Positions 39,009-49,794 of a stretch of 64,000 bases of DNA are shown here, piece after piece (position 1 is the first letter of the stretch; every line of letters starts with the position of its first letter). Origin of the DNA: Lepidodermella squamata (Eukaryota > Animalia > Gastrotricha). A program made the position numbers and the translations under genes. The notes under the pieces are model-generated. The model was not told the DNA's origin. It saw nothing but the letters and a program-made list of their open reading frames with translations, and did no database searches. The DNA lies in contig JBLDXI010000026.1 in NCBI GenBank assembly GCA_047495785.1, positions 1,364,001-1,428,000 of the forward strand, read 5' to 3'.

Positions 39009-39284
39009 AGGTGCGTTTTTTATTAAAACCGAGGTGCTATTGTTCAGCGCTGTGATCAATTTTTCGGTGAGATTCGCAACAGAGAAATCACAATCGGCAC
39101 GTCTTATCATGAACTGACCGGCTCGAATTGCGGTCAAGGCCGGTCAGTAAAGACAAATCCCCGCGCGGATTAAGAACATTCGGCCGCGGCTAAACCGCGA
39201 CATGGCTGTAATTAATTTACGACCATGCATTATGTGACCTGAACGCTGAACAATAGCACCTCGGTTTTAATAAAAAACGCACCT
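39009..39284. mobile_element. MITE, 276 bp, perfect 41-bp TIRs, 3-bp flanking duplication TGG
   Basis: AGGTGCGTTTTTTATTAAAACCGAGGTGCTATTGTTCAGCG at 39009-39049 and its exact reverse complement at 39244-39284; TGG on both sides. Confidence 0.85.
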
Positions 39285-39682
39285 TGGGCGATGGGCTTGT
39301 GATGGATAATCACGCGGCAGCTTGTGATCACAGCATGTGTTACGAAATCAAACAACATGCAGGTGAATAGAGAATAGATTTCAGCATTTTGCTACAAGTT
39401 AGTGCTAAACATTTTCGCTCCTAGATTATTTCAAGCTCAAGAAAATTGGACTTTTTTGTCCGGTTAGCTACGAACTTCCGTCTTGCTTTTGGCCCAGACC
39501 CCAACGTCATTTCCCGCCGTTCAAGAGGCCCAGCGATATAATTAACCGCTGCCCACGCACATAAAAGTGAATTTTGCTATGAATGAGCACGTGTTTTTTT
39601 CCTACTTCAAAACGCACACTTCTGTTAGAGGCTCATTTGACTTGATAGTAATTTTTTTACTAGTGTTCTTATATTCTGAATA

Positions 39683-41002
39683 ATGTCACACTTTACCATG
39701 GTTTGCGGCGGTGAGTGCTGCTTAGCGGAACAGCCACTCTTCATGGAATCGATCAAAGCCACTGTCGATCAGCTCTCGAAAGAAATTAACAAGCGACTGA
39801 ACACAAACAAATTCGGTTTATTATGGCGATCAACCGCTGATTCAACAGCGCCCAGGCCGCCTGAAGGCTGGGCCGGATGGCAGCTGGTTTTCAACCAAGC
39901 CGTTCTACGCTGTGACAACTCAGCCGACGGTCTGTTTATGAACAACGGAGTAAGCAAAACCGTCATTGCATCTCGCGATAAAATTCTCACAATCATGCGT
40001 GAAGTTTTGAATGAGCGATTTTTGAAAAATCGAACTCAGCGATTCAACGTGACAACTTTGTTCCTGCTCAATGTTGCTGTTGAAATGAAGAACGCCATGA
40101 CGCTGTACGTCGTGCTTGAAGCTGCGAATAACACGATTCCGATGTGCACGCTGGCTTATTTGCTCGAAAGATCAATTCGTTTGAATTTTGAGGATGGAGT
40201 CCGTTGGCTTATCGAATTCGGTGCTGACCCACATCACGGGGTTATTTCCGGCTCGGAATTTTCGCCTCTAGTTCTCAGCGCCTCGAAGTTGATTAATGGC
40301 GGAAATTTCAGCTGTCTCAAACTGCTCCTTCCCAGCTGCGATCAGCGAAAACTGCTCGAAGAAGATATCGCCACTGTGTATGAAAAAATCTGCGATTTCG
40401 CCCTCACAGATCCCGAAGTTGTTGAAGTTCTACTTGACTCTACGAGCTCTTTCTTGAGATCTTACGATACTAATGACGATGAAACTAACGACACTGCCTC
40501 CGTGCTCTGGGCCGCAGTTCGGCGGTGTTTCACCACGGATCGTTATTCGGAGAACGAGACGGCTCGAATCGTCGCTTTTGCGATTTTGCCGATGCTTCGT
40601 GCCGGAGGTCGGTGCTCTTTTTCTAAACTTTCAATTTTCCGCCGTGCAATAAGCTCAATTTTCTCTGTAAAATCTCATTACGAAGCTGTTAATCAGTCGA
40701 TATTCGGTCGTCCTCACGCCATTTTGGATCTCCTTGTTGAAGTTTTCTCTCGTAAAGAGCGGCATCAGTCTGCTGCTAAGCGTGTGGAATCTGCAACTCT
40801 CCTTGTCAACAGCATTCCTCAAATCGCAGCTATTACGCGTTACCCTCGCCGCTTAAAAATGCTGGCTCGGCAGGCTGTTTTATCTAATCTTCCTTATGGC
40901 TACAGTAAACGCCAGAGCGTGATCAAGCAGATGAAGCTGTCAAGTTCCCTGAAAGAATTTCTCAACTTCCAAGATCTCGAGCCGCTGGCTGAAAGTCCTT
41001 GA
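39683..41002 (+). CDS. Intronless protein with degenerate ankyrin repeats and C-terminal SOCS box (ASB-like E3 adaptor)
   Basis: LERSIRLNFEDGVRWLIEFGADPH..SPLVLSA..NFSCLKLLL (ankyrin-like); PRRLKMLARQAVLSNL..IKQMKLSSSLKEFLNF (SOCS box). Confidence 0.75.
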   Translation: MSHFTMVCGGECCLAEQPLFMESIKATVDQLSKEINKRLNTNKFGLLWRSTADSTAPRPPEGWAGWQLVFNQAVLRCDNSADGLFMNNGVSKTVIASRDKILTIMREVLNERFLKNRTQRFNVTTLFLLNVAVEMKNAMTLYVVLEAANNTIPMCTLAYLLERSIRLNFEDGVRWLIEFGADPHHGVISGSEFSPLVLSASKLINGGNFSCLKLLLPSCDQRKLLEEDIATVYEKICDFALTDPEVVEVLLDSTSSFLRSYDTNDDETNDTASVLWAAVRRCFTTDRYSENETARIVAFAILPMLRAGGRCSFSKLSIFRRAISSIFSVKSHYEAVNQSIFGRPHAILDLLVEVFSRKERHQSAAKRVESATLLVNSIPQIAAITRYPRRLKMLARQAVLSNLPYGYSKRQSVIKQMKLSSSLKEFLNFQDLEPLAESP

Positions 41003-41837
41003 TGCCATTCCAGCCTTGAACGCGACGCCAAATAGACGCTTACGTCGAATATCTTTTTCAGAAATTGTGTTTTATCGGTCAAAAGTGACTATAAATCACT
41101 CGTGATGTACTTTTGTTGCTCATATAATGAAGTAAAATTGTATTGAAATAACCTGGGAAAATAATTATTTCCGTCTTTCGATTTTTTCATCTCAATCGTG
41201 GGGTTGTTGACCGGCCAGGCTCAGATTGCAATACAGCGAAACGGGAATCAATATTCAATATCCAAAAGGTCTAGGAATAAACATCTCACCCCAAGGAAAC
41301 AAAGGATTAGACCAAAACTCCAAAACCTCACTGACTATCAGGCTATCAGGCTTTGAGAAATTTCATGAAGATCAATTTCGTAAGAGTCAGGATATGAGCA
41401 AAATAGTGGATAGAGCTGTTTGGCCAAATGATGATATGCGCGAGCAATCCTTCTTCAGATATCACAAATAATATGGCATCCTTACAATAAGGGTATTTTT
41501 AGGCGATTTTTTAGGTATAGGTAATTTGGGCAATTTGGCAAGCGGATGACGGCAGCAGAATTGAGGTCAGGATCGTTCGACAATCATGCTGGGGTTCGCT
41601 GATGTGGCAGTACATATGGGAGCTTCGATTTTAATATTTATTGCAGTTTCTGGGTGGGCTCTCTCTGTTTGGCTTCGATTGGTCCGATTCCCTCGGCTAT
41701 CACCAACGGCAAATAGGTTAATTCATGCGTGAGGCGTGAGTGATTTTGAAAGTGGGCGTGGCTTCGTCTCTCGCTCTTGGAAACAAAATAATCTAAGAAT
41801 AATTGAATTGAGTGAAACATCAAATAGCAGGTATTAT

Positions 41838-42980
41838 TTAGAGATAGCCGCACTTTGAGGCAACATCTAAAGCATAACCACATATTGCGAAGAATATTGC
41901 AAGTCCGATTAAAGAAAAAGCGAAATCCATTATTTGAATTCTGGTAATGCGTCTTTTCGCACGCAGTTTAATTTTCTTGTCGAACCAGCGTGGAAAGAAT
42001 TGGACCAAGCCACATGCAGCGCAGGAGTATATTGTTAGAGCCCACGAATAGATTATCCACATGGCGGTAAAGGTTGTCAGAAACATTCTCTGTGGCTTCT
42101 GGGGAACGTAGGTGAGAACGCTGCCTTGAAGAAACGTTTGCGCGAGCAATAGAGTCATATTGAAGTTCGGTCTATCTGGACTTGAAGCAGCAATGAAGAG
42201 CGATGCTAAGTTGAGACAAGCTAACAAAACAACGGGCAAGACCAAGTTGTTCAAATAGTACTCGGGAGACCGGCGGAAGGTGAACGTGAAGTAGGCTGCA
42301 CTTCTGTTCCCAAGCGCGTCAATGACGCCTAAGGAAGAGTTCCCGCCAACTAACAGCCAAGCCGTCTTCTCTCCATTAACAAAGCTCGGCCTGATGTCGA
42401 TTGTCGCTGTGCCGAAACCGACAGCGCTGATGAACTCAAGCATGTTCAACTCGACCTTGCAAGTTTGTTTATCGAAAGGGAAATATGTGAGGTCGAGATT
42501 GCATAAGGACGAGAACACACCGTAACGCTGCCATGTGAATTCCAGCATGTTATTTTTGAGGTTTTTCACGAATAAGCGACTATTAAATCCGTCAATCATG
42601 CCATAATCTTCATAGGTATTTTTGTGGTTGATATTCGGTTTCCAGAAGAAATTCGGGTCGAGCGAGACCGTTTTAGGCCGTGGGGAGTCGTAATTTTCGC
42701 AAAGCACAGTCCAAGATAGCCGTGAAGATCCAGCGAAAGAGAAAACCTCTGAAACGTCGTTGATTCCATGCAGGTAGTCGGCCTGCAAGAGTGCGCTTAC
42801 TGAAGTCTGCTTGCAAATGTCAGTTGTCATAGATCCACCTTCAACGCAAGATGGTGAGTAGATTTCGCTGGATATGTGTGGACATTTCTCCATTATTTCG
42901 TTCATTTGCCGCTGCGAAACTTCCACCATATCAGCTCGAGCTGCCATCGGAATCAGAAGTAAAATTATGAGCAAACCCAT
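41838..42980 (-). CDS. Intronless, divergent Cys-loop (pentameric) ligand-gated ion channel subunit
   Basis: Signal peptide; WKPNI; Cys-loop CNLDLTYFPFDKQTC; pre-M1 FRRSPEYY; M1 proline (LVLPV); four hydrophobic helices; very short M3-M4 loop. Confidence 0.9.
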   Translation of the reverse strand: MGLLIILLLIPMAARADMVEVSQRQMNEIMEKCPHISSEIYSPSCVEGGSMTTDICKQTSVSALLQADYLHGINDVSEVFSFAGSSRLSWTVLCENYDSPRPKTVSLDPNFFWKPNINHKNTYEDYGMIDGFNSRLFVKNLKNNMLEFTWQRYGVFSSLCNLDLTYFPFDKQTCKVELNMLEFISAVGFGTATIDIRPSFVNGEKTAWLLVGGNSSLGVIDALGNRSAAYFTFTFRRSPEYYLNNLVLPVVLLACLNLASLFIAASSPDRPNFNMTLLLAQTFLQGSVLTYVPQKPQRMFLTTFTAMWIIYSWALTIYSCAACGLVQFFPRWFDKKIKLRAKRRITRIQIMDFAFSLIGLAIFFAICGYALDVASKCGYL

Positions 42981-44032
42981 ATTGAATAATGATATAATCT
43001 GATGAACTTGTTATATTTTCCCGTTATATCATGCCCGTTATATTTTGATCCGTCCCAGGCATCTCTGCCAACTACGATTATGAGTCAACTCTAAAACGGG
43101 AGAAGGAATTAAATAATGGAGCGTGCGGCCGATTAGGAAATATTGATTGCGCAGTATCATGAATATATATTGCTTTTAAACAGTTATAATTAGGCAGAGG
43201 ACGACCTTGCACTTTAATCTCGTTAGTGGGCTTATTTACTTTTCCATGAGCCCACGTCATCGAGGGGTCGAAGAAAAAGCATGCAAAACCGGTCGGTCGG
43301 TGTGGCGGGCAGTTAACGGCACGTTATTGTTAGATAAAACTCAGCATCCGATACTGAATGATTTTACAAAATTTCCGAGATCGATGGGATATTGTCATGT
43401 GGGATAGCACACCTATTATCATAAATATTTCATATAATATTGTTCCTACATCAAAATTTTATTTATGAATTTAGAGGATGCATAATTGATCAGTACACAC
43501 AATTCTACCCCTCTTGCCGGCTATGAGAGGGTTAACTCTGCACGGTGCGAATTTAGGGGTTCCAACTTCATCATTTTCGTAGAAATAAATTAAGACCTAG
43601 CAATTAATTGAAGCAATTTTTCGTTAAATTGTATCAACGTCCACCGATCGGAGCGTTATTACAACAACGCTGTTGAACCATGCAGCAAGATAACTGTGGT
43701 TCCCAGAGGTCAGAAATGCTCCACCAAGAATTATACCCAGCAGCCAGCAACACCTTGTACGGACACAATGAATATTATTCAATTCCATTTTACCCTTCCC
43801 TAAAAGCATGCACACCGCTGAAATCTGGGGTTGCTCAACTCGGACTTACGTATTGCACTTACGTATGTAAGGCGCTTCTGATAGCGGAAAACTTCCTCCT
43901 GGTTCTTTTACTCGCTATGAGACATCATTTTCGGTTTTCGGTCAGTAATCCGTCGTAATTGGACAAAGCTGCACTCGATAGATTCTTTGTCGTTTTGAAA
44001 TGATCATTTACGAACAACCTGTTTGACAAGAA

Positions 44033-44464
44033 ATGGCTAATCACGCGACTTTGGTCTGGCGGTGCGTGAACGGTGAGGCTCCCGAATATCTGTGCGAAAT
44101 TTTCGTCCGGAAAGAATTTGACCCAGACCAACCAATAACGAGAAGCGTGTTCAACAACACCCTCGTCGTTCCATGTCTACGATCTAAGCATGGGCAGAGA
44201 ACACTGGCATACCGAGGTACAGTGCTCTTCAACAACCTGTCGTGGGAAACACAGAACGCTAAAACGGCCAACAGCTGCCAACAACTAACATACAATGAAC
44301 TGCTTAACGCGCCTATGCGTTTTTCAAACAAAGTTTAACGACCTCTGAAACGGCTCCGAATGACTATGGCTCTCTGCACGAAAACTAGCGGCTGCACTTT
44401 TTTCTCTTGTAGAGCTTCCAACCCTGGATATCACGCTCTTTAAATAAATAAATAAATAAATAAA
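44033..44464 (+). mobile_element. 5'-truncated LINE (L2/CR1 group) 3' end with (TAAA)n tail
   Basis: ORF2 C-terminal signature WRCVNGEAPEYL..TRS..LVVP..GQRTLAYRG..LFNNL, short 3' UTR, (TAAA)6 at 44441-44464. Confidence 0.8.
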
Positions 44465-45281
44465 GCAGCTTGATAGCCCCTCGATAGCAGGTCGAGATCC
44501 GAGGGCATGATTTCGAAATTTTTGTGACTACAACTGTTCAACAAACTTAGGGTATCGCCTATAACGGCGAGTGGCAAGGTCCTCCAGGTTGAGAGTAGAC
44601 CGCAATTATTTGCTTCGACATTTCGAGATTTGTAATTTGTCTCGATATGAGCATCCCGCATGTCAGTTGGAATCAAAAATTGGAATTTTGAAGCCGAGAT
44701 ATCGATGGTTTTGCGCTAAAACAGGCCAATAGGCTGCATTGAGATATACGCCCATAAAAACTGTGCGGAGTATATGCGAGTATATGGTTATACACAGGGC
44801 TAATAGCATTTTGGTGCATGCACAAGAGAATGCACTCAGACGAGAGCGATCGATTCTTCCGCAGTAACATGGTATATTTGCGTATTTTGTTCTCTTGTTT
44901 TTTTCACTTTTATCATCATTCTTTCTTAGATCTCCCGCATCATTTTTGCTGAAAGTAGGACATTGAAAGCATGCGCTTTAAATTACCCACGATTTTAGTA
45001 ATTCTGACCTGATCTGTTCATGGAACGGAGTAGGAATGTTTTCCAAAGTTGTCCATTCTAAATCGCAGTAGAATTTTCTTCTAGAATGATTAGAATCTCC
45101 GATAGATTGATGGAGGCTTCTTATCAGGTTCTTAAGGAGTTTAGTGAAATCTGAGCTTACCGCAAAGTTAAACTCCTGTTTTGAGATTATAGCAAAAATA
45201 GAGTAGAAAGGTTGTTTTGGCTGAGATTCCGAAAGTGGCTGCTGGATACTCTGTTAGGAAAATATTCCATTATTTCGTTGT

Positions 45282-45789
45282 TGTGGCGTTTATCAAGCTG
45301 ATAATGTGGTTTGGGCCCCTGGATAATTTGAAACTATCGCCCTTTTCCTCAAACAACCACCTACAAAACACAACACAACTTCTGATCAAAGATAGAAAGC
45401 CAAGTTCGTCGGTTTGGGGCTCAAACTCCGCCTAGAACTTGACAGCTAGTTAGACGGAAACTGTGGACTTATCGATCGTTCGTGAATCCTACAATCTACT
45501 TACGGTCGAGGGTCGAAGCCTTACGAACAATCCAAACAGTCTCTTAATTAGGTGTAACCAGAAGTACTCTTTATTGCCTTTTAAAATTTAGCATTTGGTA
45601 TCAGGCGCATGCCATCTTCACAATGCTTAGGAGCCGACTATTCCCATGATTGCTTTGGCCGCTGAGTAGCCACATCTTTAATCTTTACCATATATTACCG
45701 GTGAATGGCGGCCCATACCAGAAGGGAGGAGTTACTTGGCGGTGTTACCCTTCCTGTCAACCCTTCCTGTCAGCTTGATAAACGCCGCA
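45282..45789. mobile_element. ~0.5-kb insertion with TG..CA ends and 20-bp inverted termini (solo LTR or MITE)
   Basis: TGTGGCGTTTATCAAGCTGA at 45282 vs TCAGCTTGATAAACGCCGCA ending 45789 (19/20 match). No clear TSD. Confidence 0.5.
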
Positions 45790-46279
45790 TTCAATGCATA
45801 GATGATTGATATTGCGGTTATTGGGATTGAACCCGGTGCTTTTGAGATGCCTAGGCCGCTCGATCACATGCTACTCACGTGCCAGGGTCAGCTTTTATAC
45901 GACTGGGATAACCCCATTCCAAGTTTAAACTGCTGCAGTTAAAACTAACGTGATTCATTGGAATTTAAGGTTTATGTTTTGGCTTATAAATACCTTTCAC
46001 AGCAATATACAAAGTGAACCTATCGCTTTGTTATGATATTTAAAACTCCCGATTACTGGCCACTTTAACTACTTAACTTAGTTGGGCCATCGGTAGCTTC
46101 ATCGGTAGCTGTAAATCTGAGGTAATACAGCCTTAGATCAAGAAAAGAACTTCTCAGATTGGCAATTCGGCTTTCGACAACTCCCCTGTTTTCTATCCTT
46201 GAAATTCTAATTTATAACGCTTGTATCACATTTAGGACTAAAGCATTCAACGTTTCATTATTAACAACGATTTGAGCTG

Positions 46280-48171
46280 ATGACTGATAACGACAATTGG
46301 GTGAAACAGTTTCCTCCGAGGATAGTGGATTCTAGACACCGCCCGTCCAAACAAGCGATGGAAAGAAAACTCAAGCGCAACTCTGGGAAACCCTACCGTC
46401 AGTCAGATAAAGGGGTTAGCGCTAAGTTTAATTCCGGTCGTAAGCCTGTTTACTTCAAGTGTGGTTGCTGGCGTAAATGCTCCTTGAAATTCAATGAAAA
46501 TTCAGTCAAACAATGCTTTAACACTTACTGGTCCCGAGCATCTATCGACGCTAGACGAGCATTCATCAACCGTTACGTCAGTTATAAACAGAAACGAGAG
46601 AATGGTCCTCGAAGATTTGATTATTACTTACCAGGCAACTACTTGGCAACCCCTTCGCCTTCACAATCTAGGGACTCAATCGAAGTATGCAGGTCTTTCT
46701 TTCTGAAGGCGCTCGATGAAACTCGCGCTTTTATAAACACAACTGTTGAGAAAAAAGTCGAAGACGGCTTCTACATCATACCAGATCAACGTGGTCGCCA
46801 TAAGCCGCCAAATACCACCAGCGATAATACTTACAAATTTGTTTATCAGCACATCACTTCTTTCGAGCGATTAGACAGTCATTATGCGAGAAGTCAAACT
46901 AGCAAGCAATATCTCGGGTCCGCGCTCAATCTGAGGGAAATGCATCGAATGTACTGTATAGCACACCAAAACTGGACTCTGCGTACTGATGAGAAACCCG
47001 TCAAATACGCTACTTACCGATCTATATTCAAGAGATCTTTTCCCAATCTCGCTTTCAGTCATCCCAAGAAGGACACCTGCAAGAAATGCACACGATTTGC
47101 GACTTTGCCGGATGAACTGTTCACCCATGAAGTGATCGTCGAGAAACGGAACCACGAATCCAACAGAGACGCTGCAAGAGATGCCAAGAATGCTGACAAA
47201 ATTCTAGCAAAACAGTCGAAAGGATTGATCTTGTGCATCCAGTTTGATATGCAGTCAATCCTCGAAAGCCCTTGCTGCTCGATAATGTACAAAAAAAGTT
47301 CCACACCTCAAACCTGACTTTCTACGATACTTCATCAAAAGATGTCTACTGTTTCATGTGGGATCAAACAGAAGGGGGTCGTGGGACGGATGAAGTTGGT
47401 TCATGTCTCTATAAATTCATCACTGAAATGATTCCTGGAGAAGTTGAGCAGTTGATTTTATGGAGCGACAGCACTGGAAGCCAAAACAAATCTCAGTACA
47501 TTGTCAACGCTTTATTCGCGGCCTTGTCCAATTGCAAAGGTAATCTCAAAGTCATCCACAAGTTTTTCGAGCCGGGCCACTCGCAAATGGAATGTGATTC
47601 CGTGCATGCCACTATTGAAAGGGAAGCTAAGAAACGAGTCAACATCAGCTATTCAAAGGAATGGAGAGAAATCGTGGCCGCGTCGCGGAAGGCTCCGATT
47701 GATGCTGATCTGAGACTTGAAGTGTACGGCGAGGAAACACCAAACCGCTTGAAAGTGAAACCATACAGCATAACTGAAATGCAATTTTCAAGCTTCTTCA
47801 GCTTTGACAAGTCACCAAAGTTCGCTCAGTATTTGCAAGACGAACAGAAAAATGATGTTAAATGGTCGGAGCCATGTTGGTTCAGATACGAGAAAGACTA
47901 CCCTAATTATCTCCAAACCAAGAAAACTTTTGACTTGGCTTTTCATACTTTCGTCGCCAAGCGCTACAACAAAGACGTCATTTTGTTTCCTTTCCAACTT
48001 GTTCAAAAATACGAAAAGCGATTGCCGATCGAATCCAGTCTTAAGAAGGATCTCATCGAAATGGTCAACAAAGGCACCATTCCAGAAGCTTATCGCTCAG
48101 TCATAATGGCTTACGAAGAAGACGCAGACAAACCTACTGCCTGCAGCATTGACGCTAACTCTCCGCCGTGA
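46280..48171 (+). pseudogene. Transposase split by a 1-nt frameshift in an A7 run (~47291-47297)
   Basis: CGCWRKC, VCRSFFL, DQRGRH, SHYAR, PKKDTCKKC, QFDMQ (D1), WDQTEGGRGTDEVGSCL, WSDSTGSQNK (D2), GHSQMECDSVHATIE (D3). One extra A joins ..SIMYKK to KFHTSNLTFYD. Confidence 0.85.
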
Positions 48172-48559
48172 CATTAGGCCCTCGAAACTTGAAAGGATAT
48201 GACTAATTGAAAGCGTTTCAGAATTATTAAAACAAGCTTATTGTTGAGAGTTTAAACTGTGTTTTACTCGAGCTGTCTAAGAACGATTCAGTCCATGAGT
48301 TTCTGAAACGTTTCCGCCATGATTATCTCGGAATTCCCAGCGCAGATACCTCAGAATGACCGCAATATCGAAGATATTTGTCGGTCATTATTTGTCCAGT
48401 ACATATATTTTTTTCACACAGAATACAGTGGGCTAGATCTTACTATATGTGTACGTAGTACTATTTATAGTGCGTAGTACTCTGGATAGGAATTTTTTTC
48501 GTTGGCTCCTTATAGCGCAAAATCATCGATATTTAACTTCAGTTTGCTAAATTTTTGCC

Positions 48560-49003
48560 CGTGAAGAGAGACTGAGATAGGTCGGATTGTTTTTCGCATT
48601 GAACTTCACAGACTTCACTTGGGTTTTATTTTGAACAAGCGAAAGACGGTTTCCTTTCATCCAGCGATCGACGACGTCTAGATCTCGCCGCATCTTGGTC
48701 TGAAGCACTTTAACGCATTTACCGGTAACAGCCAAGGCGAAATCGTCTACAATTGATAACGTACTGCATGCTCCGTTGCAGCTCTTGGCATGGCTCTTGG
48801 TAGATCGGCTTCGTAGCGTAGAAATAAGACTGGTCCGATAGCGCTGCCCTGCGGCACCCCGAATGGCACAGGCAGGAAGCTTGATTTCTCTTGTACCTGT
48901 TGACAAAATAGAACCGAAGCCAAATCAGTAGCGAATCATCAATCCCATTAAAACTTGGCTTATGCAGAAGAATCTCATGGTCCGCGAGCCTTTCGTTCGG
49001 CAA
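48560..49003 (-). mobile_element. Degenerate LINE reverse-transcriptase fragment
   Basis: DHEILLHK..GID..LLIWLRFYFVNR and VDDFAL..LQTKMRRDLDVVDRWMKGNRLSL..KTQ, in different frames. Confidence 0.7.
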
Positions 49004-49794
49004 GGAAACGTCAAGGAACTGAACGGCTCAAACATTTTCAGCTGCGGAAAATGTAAATAATAATTTTAATTGCAACTGTTGCATTTCACAGAAAATTAAA
49101 TGTTATTACCCTTTTTGAAATTTGTTTCAAAAGCTTACATGACTTTGAAACATATTTCACACGAAAAAAGCGACGACAAAAAAGTGGAGTGATCGCTTTC
49201 AGAAGATCTCGGTTCTCGGTTCTACGCACCCTGTACCCTGTACCAAATTGCCAGAAGATGCGCCTCTGCAGAAACGCCGTAACCATCATTGGTAATCGTA
49301 TCGTACGCTTGTAACCAATGGTGGAGATGTGGGGTCTTTCATCCTGAACGCCCTAAATGCTAAATGGACTGTTGCGTCCCGCGCCCTATCAACCACCAAT
49401 CATTAATTATTGACATTTGAAATAAGCTTCCGCGTTACGTTTATGCACTAGTTACCAGTTGCGCCCTACATGTCCTTTTGTTAAAGCTCTTGAAAGCGTT
49501 GAGAGACCGCTGGAGATATACTTGTCGGACGTGTAAGCTTTCCTTAGGTATTAGACGGTGCAAAAGCTGCGGAGCTTCCAAAGAAGACCAAAACCTAGGA
49601 TTTAGTGCCTGGAATGATTTATAGAGTTGTTTCTTCCCTTATTTTTCATATTACAATCAATTGGCGGTTCGCGATAAATGCCATTGATCTATTTTGTAGA
49701 AGTGTTGAAGGTCTAATAATTGCTACTTGCATATCCAGCTGCTTATTCACGAGTTTATCTGATTTAGGGAACCGTAGAATAAATATAGTTGATA

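Larger units (their letters stand above)
44674..48557 (+). mobile_element. DNA transposon (DDD transposase, Sola1-like) bounded by imperfect inverted repeats
   Basis: 44674-44730 vs 48501-48557 are imperfect inverted repeats with core ATATCGATG(G/A)TTTTGCGCTA; they enclose the transposase ORFs. The superfamily call is from remembered motifs. Confidence 0.6.
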
